This document shows, piece after piece, positions 48,296 to 57,222 of a stretch of 64,000 nt of DNA. The DNA is taken from positions 2,547 to 66,546 of the forward strand of contig JAFGCB010000029.1 of assembly GCA_016932855.1 (NCBI GenBank), read 5' to 3'. Both the position numbers and the translations under genes were made by a program. Source of the DNA: Candidatus Omnitrophota bacterium (GTDB taxonomy: Bacteria; Omnitrophota; Gorgyraeia; Duberdicusellales; Duberdicusellaceae). Numbering within the stretch: the stretch's first letter is position 1; every line of letters begins with the position of its first letter. The notes beneath the pieces were generated by a model. It did no database searches and was not told the DNA's origin. It saw only the letters and a program-made list of their open reading frames with translations.

Positions 48296-48769
48296 TTACT
48301 CTGTTGTTGTTTTTTTCACAACCCTTATTTGCAATATTCCTTCTTTAAAGTTCTGCACGGGAATGTAAGCACGCGACAGGAGATAACCTTTTTTATGATA
48401 CGCTTCAGTGACACTGTCAGCAATTTTTTGTATTTGCTTTAAAGAAAACTCTTTATTTTCGTACGCGGAAGTAATATCCTTTATTTCTTTTTCAGTAATA
48501 ATGCCTGCTCCGGTTAGTCTAATTTTTTTAATCAGGATTTTTTCTTCAAAGGAAGGAAAATCTAGTTCTTTTTCGGTCAGTGTTTCCTCAGGTTCTTCTT
48601 CTTGCTTAAAAAACAGCTCTTCTTCCTTGTTCTTAAAAAGAAACTGCTTTACTATTGCCTCTTCTTCTTGGGTTTCCTCAAAACAGTCAGTACATTGGCT
48701 AAAAAGCGGCATATTGACACAACTAGCTGTAAGAGTTAGTGATAGGACCAGGATGGTTTTTCTGAGCAT
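48296..48769 (-). CDS. Stand-alone secreted POTRA-domain protein
   Basis: Signal peptide; YHKKGYLLSRAYIPVQ, paralogous to POTRA1 of the downstream gene. Confidence 0.85.
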   Translation of the reverse strand: MLRKTILVLSLTLTASCVNMPLFSQCTDCFEETQEEEAIVKQFLFKNKEEELFFKQEEEPEETLTEKELDFPSFEEKILIKKIRLTGAGIITEKEIKDITSAYENKEFSLKQIQKIADSVTEAYHKKGYLLSRAYIPVQNFKEGILQIRVVKKTTTE

Positions 48770-48782
48770 AAATTTTCTTAGT

Positions 48783-50195
48783 CTAACCCCCGGGATTTTG
48801 AGTAATAGCCTTAGGTTTGGGTATCGACATCACCAGACCAATCACACCGGCTATAATGACAGAAATAGCGCAAAAATTAAATCTAAAGTATATTGAGTTA
48901 TTTCCCGCTATCGCAGCAACTCCTCCCAGGATTATCGGTGAAATAAACTGTCCAAAAAATATGGAACTACCCACAACAGCCATGCCCATGGCACGGGCTT
49001 GGGGCGGAGAATACTTTTGAACAAATAGAAATATGGATGGCTGTATAACGCCGAAATTCAAGCCCACTACTACGACGGCGACAAAAATCATAAATAAACT
49101 TGTAGCATTACCAAGCATCCCGAATCCTATTCCCATGAGTAAAATGGTAATAGGAAATGAGAAACGTTTAAGGAATTTAGTAATGTGGCTTAAAAATATC
49201 CCGGAGATCATCGCGCTAAGGGATAAGAGAGACAGGATATAACCGGCAATAGCAGTTTTACCAAGCTTTCCTGCGTGGATAACCAGCTTGTTATCTTTCT
49301 TTTCAATAAGATATCTTTTCCTGTCAACAATCTCCCATTTTTTTCCTTCTTCTATAACATTAATAAATGCATTCTCCGAAAGGTGGATATTCTTTTCTTT
49401 GAAAGCATTTTTTGTGAATTGAGAAAGTGTTTTTGCTTCTAAGTGATGCTGAAAATCCTGTTTACTTTCAAACAAGGGTTTTGGGGAAACGAATAATTGC
49501 CTTTCGTTTTCAAGCAACATAGCCATGTTTGTCATGACCGCATAAAAAACCACCATGTTTAGTGCGCAAAGTCCTGCGCAAATATACACTTTTAAGGGAA
49601 GCGCAGATTTTGCCTTTTGTCCCGGTTTTAGCGCCGGTTTAGGAGGTTCAGGCAAAAATATAGCGATTAATACAAGGATAACGAAGGCCATAGAATAGAC
49701 CCCAAAGGAATAGCGCCAGCTGATAACCGCAAGATAACCGGCTGCTATTTGAAATATGACTCCACCAAGGTTCTGGACTGAAACTGCATAGCCCATCATC
49801 TTGCGCCTGGCATCTGCTTCGTAGAAATCTCCTACCAAGGTCGTGGATAAGGGCATAATTAAGCCAACTCCTATACCTAAAATAGCCCGGATAATCAGAA
49901 GTTCAGTGATATTCCTGGCAAAACCTCCGCCAATGCCGGCAAGAAAGTAAATAGCCAGACCTATCAGCATAATTGTTTTTTTCTTCATCCGCTTGACAAG
50001 CCAACCGGTCACAAAACTGAAAGGAACAATAAAAAGCGGAGGTAAAGTTAATACCAGTTTAATAAGTGTATCATTAACACCGGGAAAGGCCATCCGGATT
50101 CTTCCTAAGGCCGGAGCAACGGCGGCGGAAGACATAATTGTCAGTAAAGAAACTGAGAGGATGGCCGGCTTTAGCATTTTCTCTTTTATATCCAT
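48783..50195 (-). CDS. MFS transporter with ~75-aa soluble insert
   Basis: 12-TM pattern, RAILGIGVG, SWRYSF. Confidence 0.9.
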   Translation of the reverse strand: MDIKEKMLKPAILSVSLLTIMSSAAVAPALGRIRMAFPGVNDTLIKLVLTLPPLFIVPFSFVTGWLVKRMKKKTIMLIGLAIYFLAGIGGGFARNITELLIIRAILGIGVGLIMPLSTTLVGDFYEADARRKMMGYAVSVQNLGGVIFQIAAGYLAVISWRYSFGVYSMAFVILVLIAIFLPEPPKPALKPGQKAKSALPLKVYICAGLCALNMVVFYAVMTNMAMLLENERQLFVSPKPLFESKQDFQHHLEAKTLSQFTKNAFKEKNIHLSENAFINVIEEGKKWEIVDRKRYLIEKKDNKLVIHAGKLGKTAIAGYILSLLSLSAMISGIFLSHITKFLKRFSFPITILLMGIGFGMLGNATSLFMIFVAVVVVGLNFGVIQPSIFLFVQKYSPPQARAMGMAVVGSSIFFGQFISPIILGGVAAIAGNNSIYFRFNFCAISVIIAGVIGLVMSIPKPKAITQNPGG

Positions 50196-50287
50196 ACCAT
50201 TTTCCTTTTTTCTTTCTATTTGGGCAAATTTATTACAGATTAGTTTAGAGCACTTAGTTGTGAGTCAGACGATTTTTTCTTCGCGTT

Positions 50288-51841
50288 TTAGAATGCAAGA
50301 CGGCAACCACCATTCATTCGCCGTTCTGCCTTAGGGTGATACCCGGCTTGTCTTCTTGCCATGCATACATATATACAACCCGGACTTACCCAGACTCCTC
50401 CTCTGGCACCTGTTCCTTGAGCATCTTTTCCCGGCCAGGTAGGAATATTAGCATAGCCTTCTTTATCTAGGGTTCCATCTCCATGTACTCTTGTGAAAGA
50501 ACGCCCTATCTGATGACCGATCGATACACAGGTAATCCAGACATTACCGCACATTTCCGCTGCGCCGTAGAATGTGGCGCCTGCATTCTCTCTTTCCGAA
50601 TAACCTTCAACCATGGAATTGCCGAATACACCGCAGCTTACCGGGCCAAGAAGCCCTGGGTGCTTGGGTTTTTTTTGCTTACCCCGGTGCATAGGTCCAA
50701 TTCCGCCGTCAACACAGCAGTTAACTAATTTATTTTTGGGAAGTTTAAGTTCGTATCCGCTTCCGTCTTCTCCCTCAACTCCTTCGATTCTGCCTATCCG
50801 GGTTGAGCCCCAGGAAAATTCATAAGGAACAGGGTCTGCTGTTCCCCGGTTAGCCTTTTCATATTCCATCTCTGTCATCGGACGAAGCCCTGACCAGGCA
50901 GCGTAAGCCATGCTGTCAGTCCAGCCGAGAATATTGCAGGCACGTTGAGGGGCATTGGTGGAAAAAACTACCGATATATCCTGTCCGTTTCCCGAAGAAG
51001 GGCAGGTAATCGATTGCCTTAAAGTTTCTTTCTTGGTGTTACTCATTACATAAATGTTTTCAACCGCATCACCGCTTATATCCGAAGCAACGTGATTTTG
51101 CTGTTGTTCGCGGGTTAAGCAATTAAGAAAATCAACATAGTGCTGAGTGCTGAGTTCATATTTGCTTACCCAGAAAGCCTTATATCCTTTGGGAAAAGCT
51201 GCCGGAATAGTAAAAGGCGGCTCATCAAAACGGCTGTTCTTTCCTACAGGTCCCGCGACTCTCCCGCAATAGAGGCGGTCTTCTTCTTCAGCTACGAGAA
51301 TTTCATCTTCGGATTGTACAAGATAAGGACCGTTATTATAATAAGCGTAAAAACAATTAGCCGGTCCATCAGGTCCGTCAGGATCTCCTAAACAGAACCT
51401 ATCTTCCGGAACATAAACCATTTCTAGGCCAAAAACTTTCAGCTCTAGGTTTGAAAAATCCGTAACTTTTGCCTGCGAACAGTCCCACGCGAGTGTCACC
51501 TTTTTTGAACTTACTTTTCCTTCGCCTTTTGTCCGGAAAATGAAACTACCTTTCTTTGTTTCAGGAATCCATAAGCCCATTTCAGAGCTTGTACCTTCAG
51601 CCCCCTTGGAAAAACCAGACGGGGTCTGGTCGGTATAATCAAAATCAGCAGCACTTTTATTTTTTAAGTCAGTGTGTCTCCAAGGGCCATTACCCTGACG
51701 GAATTTAGCAAAAACCCAGACCCCGTCACAGTTAACCTTATTCTTCCATGCTTTATCCCAGGAAACGTCGAATTGGATTTTAGCCAAACCATCAACCTTG
51801 CTCACTTCCCCTAAAGAAACATTCTCGATTTTTAAATGCAT
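50288..51841 (-). CDS. FGE-sulfatase (SUMF1-like) domain protein
   Basis: EMVYVP, KYELSTQHYVDFLN, LRPMTEMEYEKA, EMCGNVW, RGG..GCRL. Confidence 0.85.
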   Translation of the reverse strand: MHLKIENVSLGEVSKVDGLAKIQFDVSWDKAWKNKVNCDGVWVFAKFRQGNGPWRHTDLKNKSAADFDYTDQTPSGFSKGAEGTSSEMGLWIPETKKGSFIFRTKGEGKVSSKKVTLAWDCSQAKVTDFSNLELKVFGLEMVYVPEDRFCLGDPDGPDGPANCFYAYYNNGPYLVQSEDEILVAEEEDRLYCGRVAGPVGKNSRFDEPPFTIPAAFPKGYKAFWVSKYELSTQHYVDFLNCLTREQQQNHVASDISGDAVENIYVMSNTKKETLRQSITCPSSGNGQDISVVFSTNAPQRACNILGWTDSMAYAAWSGLRPMTEMEYEKANRGTADPVPYEFSWGSTRIGRIEGVEGEDGSGYELKLPKNKLVNCCVDGGIGPMHRGKQKKPKHPGLLGPVSCGVFGNSMVEGYSERENAGATFYGAAEMCGNVWITCVSIGHQIGRSFTRVHGDGTLDKEGYANIPTWPGKDAQGTGARGGVWVSPGCIYVCMARRQAGYHPKAERRMNGGCRLAF

Positions 51842-51865
51842 AGTTTGCTCCCTTTTTTTGCCTTT

Positions 51866-52447
51866 TTATTTTGAGGTAGTATTTCTTGTTGCTCTTTTTG
51901 CGCCGTATTGACGAAGAAGATTTACTGTTTCGGTATTGTTGTTAAATAAAGCCATAGAAAGTGGCGTAGCTCCGTTATCCATTTTAGCATTAACATCAGC
52001 ACCCTTCTTTAATAGAATCTTTACCACTTCCAGATGGCCTTTATCGCTTTTAAACGCCGCGAAATGAAGAGGTGTTGCCCCGTTTTTCGCCCGGGCGTTA
52101 ATTTTAGCCCCGTACTTAAGGAGAAGACTTGCTCCTTCTGGTCTAGCCTGAGAAGCCGCGACATGTAAAGGCGTGCCGTTATTTTTATTCCTTACATCCA
52201 CATCTGCGTGGTAGGTTTCAAGGAGCAGGGTCATTACGTCCAGGTGGCCTCTGCTGGTTGCCCAGTGCAGGGGAGTTTTGCCTTCTTCGTCCGGTATCTG
52301 CAAGAGTGAAGGGTTCTGGTCAAGAAGCTTTTTTACCTTTTCCGCATTTCCTGATTTTGCAGCGTCGTGAATAGGCCCGGCATCAGCGGTTATTGAAAAT
52401 ATTAACAAGATTGCAAGAAAAGCTACACAACCTAGATTTTTAGTCAT
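51866..52447 (-). CDS. Secreted ankyrin-repeat protein
   Basis: Signal peptide; GxTPLHxA repeats. Start likely MTKN at 52447. Confidence 0.92.
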   Translation of the reverse strand: MTKNLGCVAFLAILLIFSITADAGPIHDAAKSGNAEKVKKLLDQNPSLLQIPDEEGKTPLHWATSRGHLDVMTLLLETYHADVDVRNKNNGTPLHVAASQARPEGASLLLKYGAKINARAKNGATPLHFAAFKSDKGHLEVVKILLKKGADVNAKMDNGATPLSMALFNNNTETVNLLRQYGAKRATRNTTSK

Positions 52448-52506
52448 AATCTCTTTTCTTAATTTTGACCGGAGTATCGTCAAGAGTTTAATCCTATCTT
52501 AATAAG

Positions 52507-52727
52507 CCAAAAATCAAAATTCAAAAGGAAAAAGTTCAAGTTAAAATTCAAAATCTTTAAAAATCTTGATATTTTAGATGTTTTTTAAAATATGTGTCAA
52601 TTTTTCTCTGACTTTTGACTTTTGAATTGCAATTTTGAGTTTTGAATTTTTACTTTTGAATTTTTTCATCTTCCAGTATCCAGAATCTAAGATCTAACAT
52701 CAATTATCCAGTAACCGGAATCCAGGA
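52507..52727. repeat. Foldback element (TCAAAA / TTTTGA) plus TCCAGxA heptamer run
   Basis: aaatcaaaattcaaaag... / ...ttttgacttttgaattg..ttttgaatt, then tccagta tccagaa tctaaga tctaaca. Confidence 0.7.
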
Positions 52728-54719
52728 TCAAGCATTCCGCACCGGTCGAAAAGCGTAACGGCCGTTCTTTTTAGCGGCATAATAGCCGTCATAGCCGAAT
52801 TGAAAGTTTACTCCCCAGCCGAATGTATCTCCATAAGTTGTTGAGGCCCAATAGAATCCTAAAGGTGCAGTCTTTACATCAGGAAAAAATTCTTTATTAT
52901 ACCAGAGTCCGTCCGTGCAGGATAAATCAATAAGAGTGGCTATTTCCTTTATATTAGGAAGCCTCCAGTCGGAGTGACCGCCAAGAGTAAGATTTTCGCA
53001 ATACTTAAGAGCCTCCTGCCAGTTTAAATCCGGGCTTTCTTCTTTCTTCCACACTAGATTCGTGTTTAAATCAGTTATTGTGCCGTCTGTGTTATCCTTG
53101 AAAGCGTACTTCTGGGGGTCGCCAAAATTTTTATTGTATCCGCCGCGCACCGCTCTTACGTAGTAAGAAGTGTCTTTTAAGTAGCAGATAGTGCATCCGT
53201 AGGCAAAGTAGACGCCCCAGATTAAGTCAGGGTTCTTTGCGAATGCTAGGCTGGTCCAGTAAAAAGACGGACGGCAATGGGGAAAATATTTTTCCGAAAC
53301 AGCCGGTACAAGGCTGCTATAGTCTATAATAGAACGAAACTCTTCCCGGTTAGGCAGGCGCCAATCATTAAAACCAGCGTATTCTCGTTTATTAAGTTGG
53401 TCTACATATTCTTTAGCTGCTTCGAAGGTGTATTTGTTGTCTTTAAAGTTTATATCAGCCGGGTTCGGAGACTTAATTTCCCACACTAAGCCGGTATTGC
53501 CATCTTTTGTCATTAGAAAGCCTTTCTCGAAGCTTAGTTCATCGGATATTTCTTTACCGCCGTAGCCTAGTTTCCTAAAGGAAAAAGGGTTTATTGAGTA
53601 TGAGCCGTCCTGGCCGTAATAGTCTTCTTTCTTTTTAGGCGGGGTTATCTGGTTTCCGTCTTGGTCATAACATATTTTTTGCCCGCTATCAGGCAGTTTA
53701 AATTCTGTTGAGCCCGTTCTTATAGCCGGGGTTAAATTTCTAACAGCCCGGATAAGAAGCTTAGCGTTTTTATTGGCGTAATAGCCGTCATAGCCAAAGC
53801 AGAAGTTTGTTACCCAGGCATAGGTCTTCTCGAAAGGAGTCGATGAAAAATAATGCAATAGCGGAGGCTGCAGGCCTTCGGCGGGAAAAAAATCTTTATG
53901 ATACCACCATCCGTCTTTGTATGATAAGTCTAAAATAGTATTTAATTCCTTTATATTAGGAAGCCTCCAGTCGGAGTGACCGGCAAGTTTCAGCTGTTTA
54001 CAGTAATCCAAAGCTTCATACCAGCTCATCCTGGGGTTTTCACCCTTTTGCCACATAAGGTCGGTTTTTAAGTCGGTTATTGTTCCGTCTCCACCATCCT
54101 TAAATTTCGGTTTTTCAGGGTTACCGAAGTTTAAAAGGCCGCCGCGTACGGCTCTTACGCATTGCAGGCTTGAAGGAGTATAAGGTATGCCGCTGCCAAG
54201 TCCGAAGAAAATTCCCCAGATAAAAGGCGGCTGCATTTTGTAGGGTATACTTGTCCAGTAGAAAGATACCTGGCAGTTAGGAAAATAAGACTCATCTACC
54301 GCAGGGTCGGTTTTGCCGTAATCAACAATTGAGCGCAGTTCGTCCTTATTGGGAAGTCGCCAGTCGGAGAATCCTCCGTATTTTTCCTGATTAAGTTTTT
54401 TTATAAAAGTTTCTTGGGCCTGGGAAAAATTGTACTTTACCTTGCAGAAATTTATATCCTTAGGGTTTGGTGATTTTACTTCCCAGATTAAGCCGGTGTT
54501 ATTGTCTTTAACCATACGCAAACCCTCTTTCCACGAAAAGTCATCAGGAAGCGGATTGCTTTTAAGGCTGAGTTTAGTAAATGATATAGGATTTACGATA
54601 AAGCATCCGTTTTGGCCGTAAAGCTTATCTTCGGGTTTTGGGTTTATTTCTCTGCCTTTTTCATTGAAGCATCTTGTGCATCCGCTGTCAGGAAGTCTAA
54701 ATTTTCCGGTTTGGTTCAT
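52728..54719 (-). CDS. DUF1566 (Lcl C-terminal) x4 protein
   Basis: Four DxxTGLxW..DWRLPNxxEL..VRAVR units arranged as two tandem halves. Confidence 0.92.
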   Translation of the reverse strand: MNQTGKFRLPDSGCTRCFNEKGREINPKPEDKLYGQNGCFIVNPISFTKLSLKSNPLPDDFSWKEGLRMVKDNNTGLIWEVKSPNPKDINFCKVKYNFSQAQETFIKKLNQEKYGGFSDWRLPNKDELRSIVDYGKTDPAVDESYFPNCQVSFYWTSIPYKMQPPFIWGIFFGLGSGIPYTPSSLQCVRAVRGGLLNFGNPEKPKFKDGGDGTITDLKTDLMWQKGENPRMSWYEALDYCKQLKLAGHSDWRLPNIKELNTILDLSYKDGWWYHKDFFPAEGLQPPLLHYFSSTPFEKTYAWVTNFCFGYDGYYANKNAKLLIRAVRNLTPAIRTGSTEFKLPDSGQKICYDQDGNQITPPKKKEDYYGQDGSYSINPFSFRKLGYGGKEISDELSFEKGFLMTKDGNTGLVWEIKSPNPADINFKDNKYTFEAAKEYVDQLNKREYAGFNDWRLPNREEFRSIIDYSSLVPAVSEKYFPHCRPSFYWTSLAFAKNPDLIWGVYFAYGCTICYLKDTSYYVRAVRGGYNKNFGDPQKYAFKDNTDGTITDLNTNLVWKKEESPDLNWQEALKYCENLTLGGHSDWRLPNIKEIATLIDLSCTDGLWYNKEFFPDVKTAPLGFYWASTTYGDTFGWGVNFQFGYDGYYAAKKNGRYAFRPVRNA

Positions 54720-55132
54720 TTTTTTTCCTTTCGTTCAATCAATTCTATAAAAATGCCGTCCGGATCTTTAATAAAAAAATATCGTAAACCGTTGGGAAGT
54801 TTGTTTATATCCGTGCCCAGGCAAACTCCCTGGTTTTTCAGCCTTTGGTAATCGGGCTCTATATCCTCTGTTTCAAGGGCGAAATGTTTTACTCCCAGGG
54901 TTTGCAATTCGCTTAAAAGATTTTTCCGGTATTCCGGAAGCGCTTTAGGCTCTTTAAATTCGAAGAGCTCAAGCCTAAGAGTATTGTTTTCTAAGATAGC
55001 TATATCAGGGTCCTGGGAATCACCTTTGATATGTTCCTTAAGCTTAAATCCGAAATTTTTCTCATAAAAAGCTGAAGACTTCTCAATGCTGGAAATACTT
55101 ATGGCGATATGCCCGAGTTTTAATTTCCCCAC
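54716..55132 (-). CDS. VOC/glyoxalase family protein
   Basis: HIAI, LELF, HFAL, DPDGIFIEL. Confidence 0.92.
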   Translation of the reverse strand: MGKLKLGHIAISISSIEKSSAFYEKNFGFKLKEHIKGDSQDPDIAILENNTLRLELFEFKEPKALPEYRKNLLSELQTLGVKHFALETEDIEPDYQRLKNQGVCLGTDINKLPNGLRYFFIKDPDGIFIELIERKEKK

Positions 55133-55143
55133 TGTCTTTTTAC

Positions 55144-56796
55144 TTAAACCTTTGCCAGGCTAAAAGGCGGATATACCTCTGATTCAACCACTACGTCGAT
55201 TAATGCAGGTTTGCCCGAAGCCAGAGCCTTTTTAAATGCCGGTTCAAAATCTTCAAGCTTTTCGACTCTTGTGCAATAGCTGCCGCAGGCTTCTGCGTAT
55301 TTTACATAATCGGGATTCTGAAATTGCATAAAAGCGTGTTCGCCGAAGAGGTTTATCAGAAACTTTTTAATTACGTTAAATTCTCCGTTGTCGAAGATTA
55401 CCCATATTACCGGTATATCATATTGGACAGCTGTTAAAAGCTCGAATCCGGCCATAAGATAAGCTCCGTCGCCGCAGCCGCAGATAACTGTTTTATCGGG
55501 ATTGGCGCATTTTACTCCGATTGAGCCGTTTACGTGGCTGGCCATGGGGCCAAAGCTTCCCGGATTTTGATAACGCTGGTTTTTAGTAAGTTTTAAGTAG
55601 CAGTTGAGCCAGAGCATGTGCGAGCCGGCATCTCCCATGATAATGCTGTTTGGGGGCAAGTTTCTGGACATAATTTTTACCATTTCTCCGGGATGGATTT
55701 TGCTTCCCTTGTGTTCTATAGGTGTATCGTACCAGGTTTCTTTGTTGGCTGTTTTAGGTTCAACTTTACTTATCTTTTTGGAAAGTTCCTGGGCGATTCG
55801 TGTAATAGCCGGCTTGACGTCACTTACAATTCCAATAGTTGCCTTGTAGACCTTATTTATTTCCTTTTCATCGATATTTATGTGGATAAGGGTTTTAGCG
55901 GAGTAGGAATCCGCCTTGAATCCAAAAGTAGCATTTTGGGCAAAAGAGTTGCCGATGGCTATAACAAGCTTTGAATTATCAAAATAATTCTTAGCCCCCA
56001 GGTCTCCTGATGTACCCAATACGCCCAGAGCTAAGGGGTGGTCTTCAGGTAATACTCCTTTTGCGTCCATAGTAGTAGCAAAAGGAATTTGGAATTTTTC
56101 AACAAAATCCAAAACTTCTTTCTCGGCATGGCTTCTAATTGAGCCGTATCCGATAAGGGCCATAATTTGTTCGTTGCTTTGAATTGATTTAGCTATCGTA
56201 TTTGCGGCCTCAGCTATTTTTTTAGAGTCCGGTAAAACAGGCTTTATAGCCAGTTTAATTTCCCGGAAATTTTTAACTTCAGCAACGGTAATATTTTTAG
56301 GCACGTGGATATGAACCGGTCCCGGCCTGCCCTCAAAAGCAGTATTAATTGCTTCTTCGAGGATGTCGCAGGTTTTATCAGGGTCTTCGATAATAAAAGA
56401 CTTTTTGGTTGTAGCCGAAAACATCTTGTGGGAATCAGGAGTCCGGTTAAGCCCGGTTGATTCGTTTAAGGCGCCTTTACCTCTATTAGGAGCTGAGGCG
56501 TATCCGGTAATGCCGATAATTGGCAGGCTGTCGTAGAGGGCCACTGCCATGCCGGAAAAAAGATTAAAGGCTCCTGGTCCGCCGGTAGCAAAACAGACAC
56601 CGAGCTTATCGGAAAACATAGCATAGCCGCAGGCCATAAATGATGCGGCTTGTTCATTGCGGACGATCAGGGTTTTGATTTGCTTTGATTTCTTTAAGGC
56701 CAGAAGCATTGTGGCGTTAACCTGGCCTGAACCGCCGAATACATGGTCGACCCCGACTAACTCCAGAGTTTTAACAATAGCTTGATTTACATCCAT
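55144..56796 (-). CDS. ThDP-dependent enzyme (acetolactate synthase-like superfamily)
   Basis: RNEQAASFMA, GPGAFN, GDGAYLM..DN motif. Confidence 0.93.
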   Translation of the reverse strand: MDVNQAIVKTLELVGVDHVFGGSGQVNATMLLALKKSKQIKTLIVRNEQAASFMACGYAMFSDKLGVCFATGGPGAFNLFSGMAVALYDSLPIIGITGYASAPNRGKGALNESTGLNRTPDSHKMFSATTKKSFIIEDPDKTCDILEEAINTAFEGRPGPVHIHVPKNITVAEVKNFREIKLAIKPVLPDSKKIAEAANTIAKSIQSNEQIMALIGYGSIRSHAEKEVLDFVEKFQIPFATTMDAKGVLPEDHPLALGVLGTSGDLGAKNYFDNSKLVIAIGNSFAQNATFGFKADSYSAKTLIHINIDEKEINKVYKATIGIVSDVKPAITRIAQELSKKISKVEPKTANKETWYDTPIEHKGSKIHPGEMVKIMSRNLPPNSIIMGDAGSHMLWLNCYLKLTKNQRYQNPGSFGPMASHVNGSIGVKCANPDKTVICGCGDGAYLMAGFELLTAVQYDIPVIWVIFDNGEFNVIKKFLINLFGEHAFMQFQNPDYVKYAEACGSYCTRVEKLEDFEPAFKKALASGKPALIDVVVESEVYPPFSLAKV

Positions 56797-56798
56797 AA

Positions 56799-57029
56799 TT
56801 ATTCCCCTTCTTTTTTCTGGCTGAACTTGCCGACCGCAAGCTTAGGCGGGCGTTTAGAAAAAAGTATCCCGTCGCAGGCCGCGTTATCAAGAGTATATCC
56901 GTTAAAAAACAGATAGATACGGTCTTTAGGGACTTTGCTTAGCTCGGAGAATGTGGTTATGAACTTATCGGCAAGAACTTCCTTTTGTTCGTCGGTAAGC
57001 TCTAAAGAGTGTATTACTATTGACGGCAC
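56799..57029 (-). CDS. 4-oxalocrotonate tautomerase-like protein
   Basis: GTG at 57029 after AAGGAGG gives (M)PSIVI with Pro-1; LTDEQK..LA..IT pattern. Confidence 0.8.
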   Translation of the reverse strand: MPSIVIHSLELTDEQKEVLADKFITTFSELSKVPKDRIYLFFNGYTLDNAACDGILFSKRPPKLAVGKFSQKKEGE

Positions 57030-57043
57030 ACTACACCTCCTTA

Positions 57044-57113
57044 AATGAGTCCCGCTATTGCGGGACGAATTCAACCCCCTGATTTCTACGAAAGTAGAAG
57101 TTTTACGGGGTGA
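57044..57113 (-). repeat. Two-hairpin element abutting the RBS, copy 1
   Basis: ACCCCGTAAAA..GGGGTTGAATTCG-TCCCGC/GCGGGA-CTCATTTAAGGAGG; shares fixed segments with 59275-59363. Confidence 0.7.
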
Positions 57114-57152
57114 TTTTTAATATTAATTTTTAAGAAAACATTTATGGGTCTG

Positions 57153-57189
57153 CCCAGCGCTAATTCCTTTTACAGAAGATAGCGCTGGG
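57153..57189. other. Intergenic hairpin
   Basis: CCCAGCGCTA..TAGCGCTGGG. Confidence 0.55.
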
Positions 57190-57222
57190 TTTGTCCACTA
57201 GATAATAAAAGTTGTCTTTGTT

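Noticed and set aside
50288-54719. Diversity-generating retroelement targeting the FGE/DUF1566 genes
   Set aside because: No reverse transcriptase and no template repeat with adenine-specific mismatches in the window.
55144-56796. Assigning ilvB
   Set aside because: ThDP fold is clear, but there is no ilvN/ilvC context, so the substrate is unknown.
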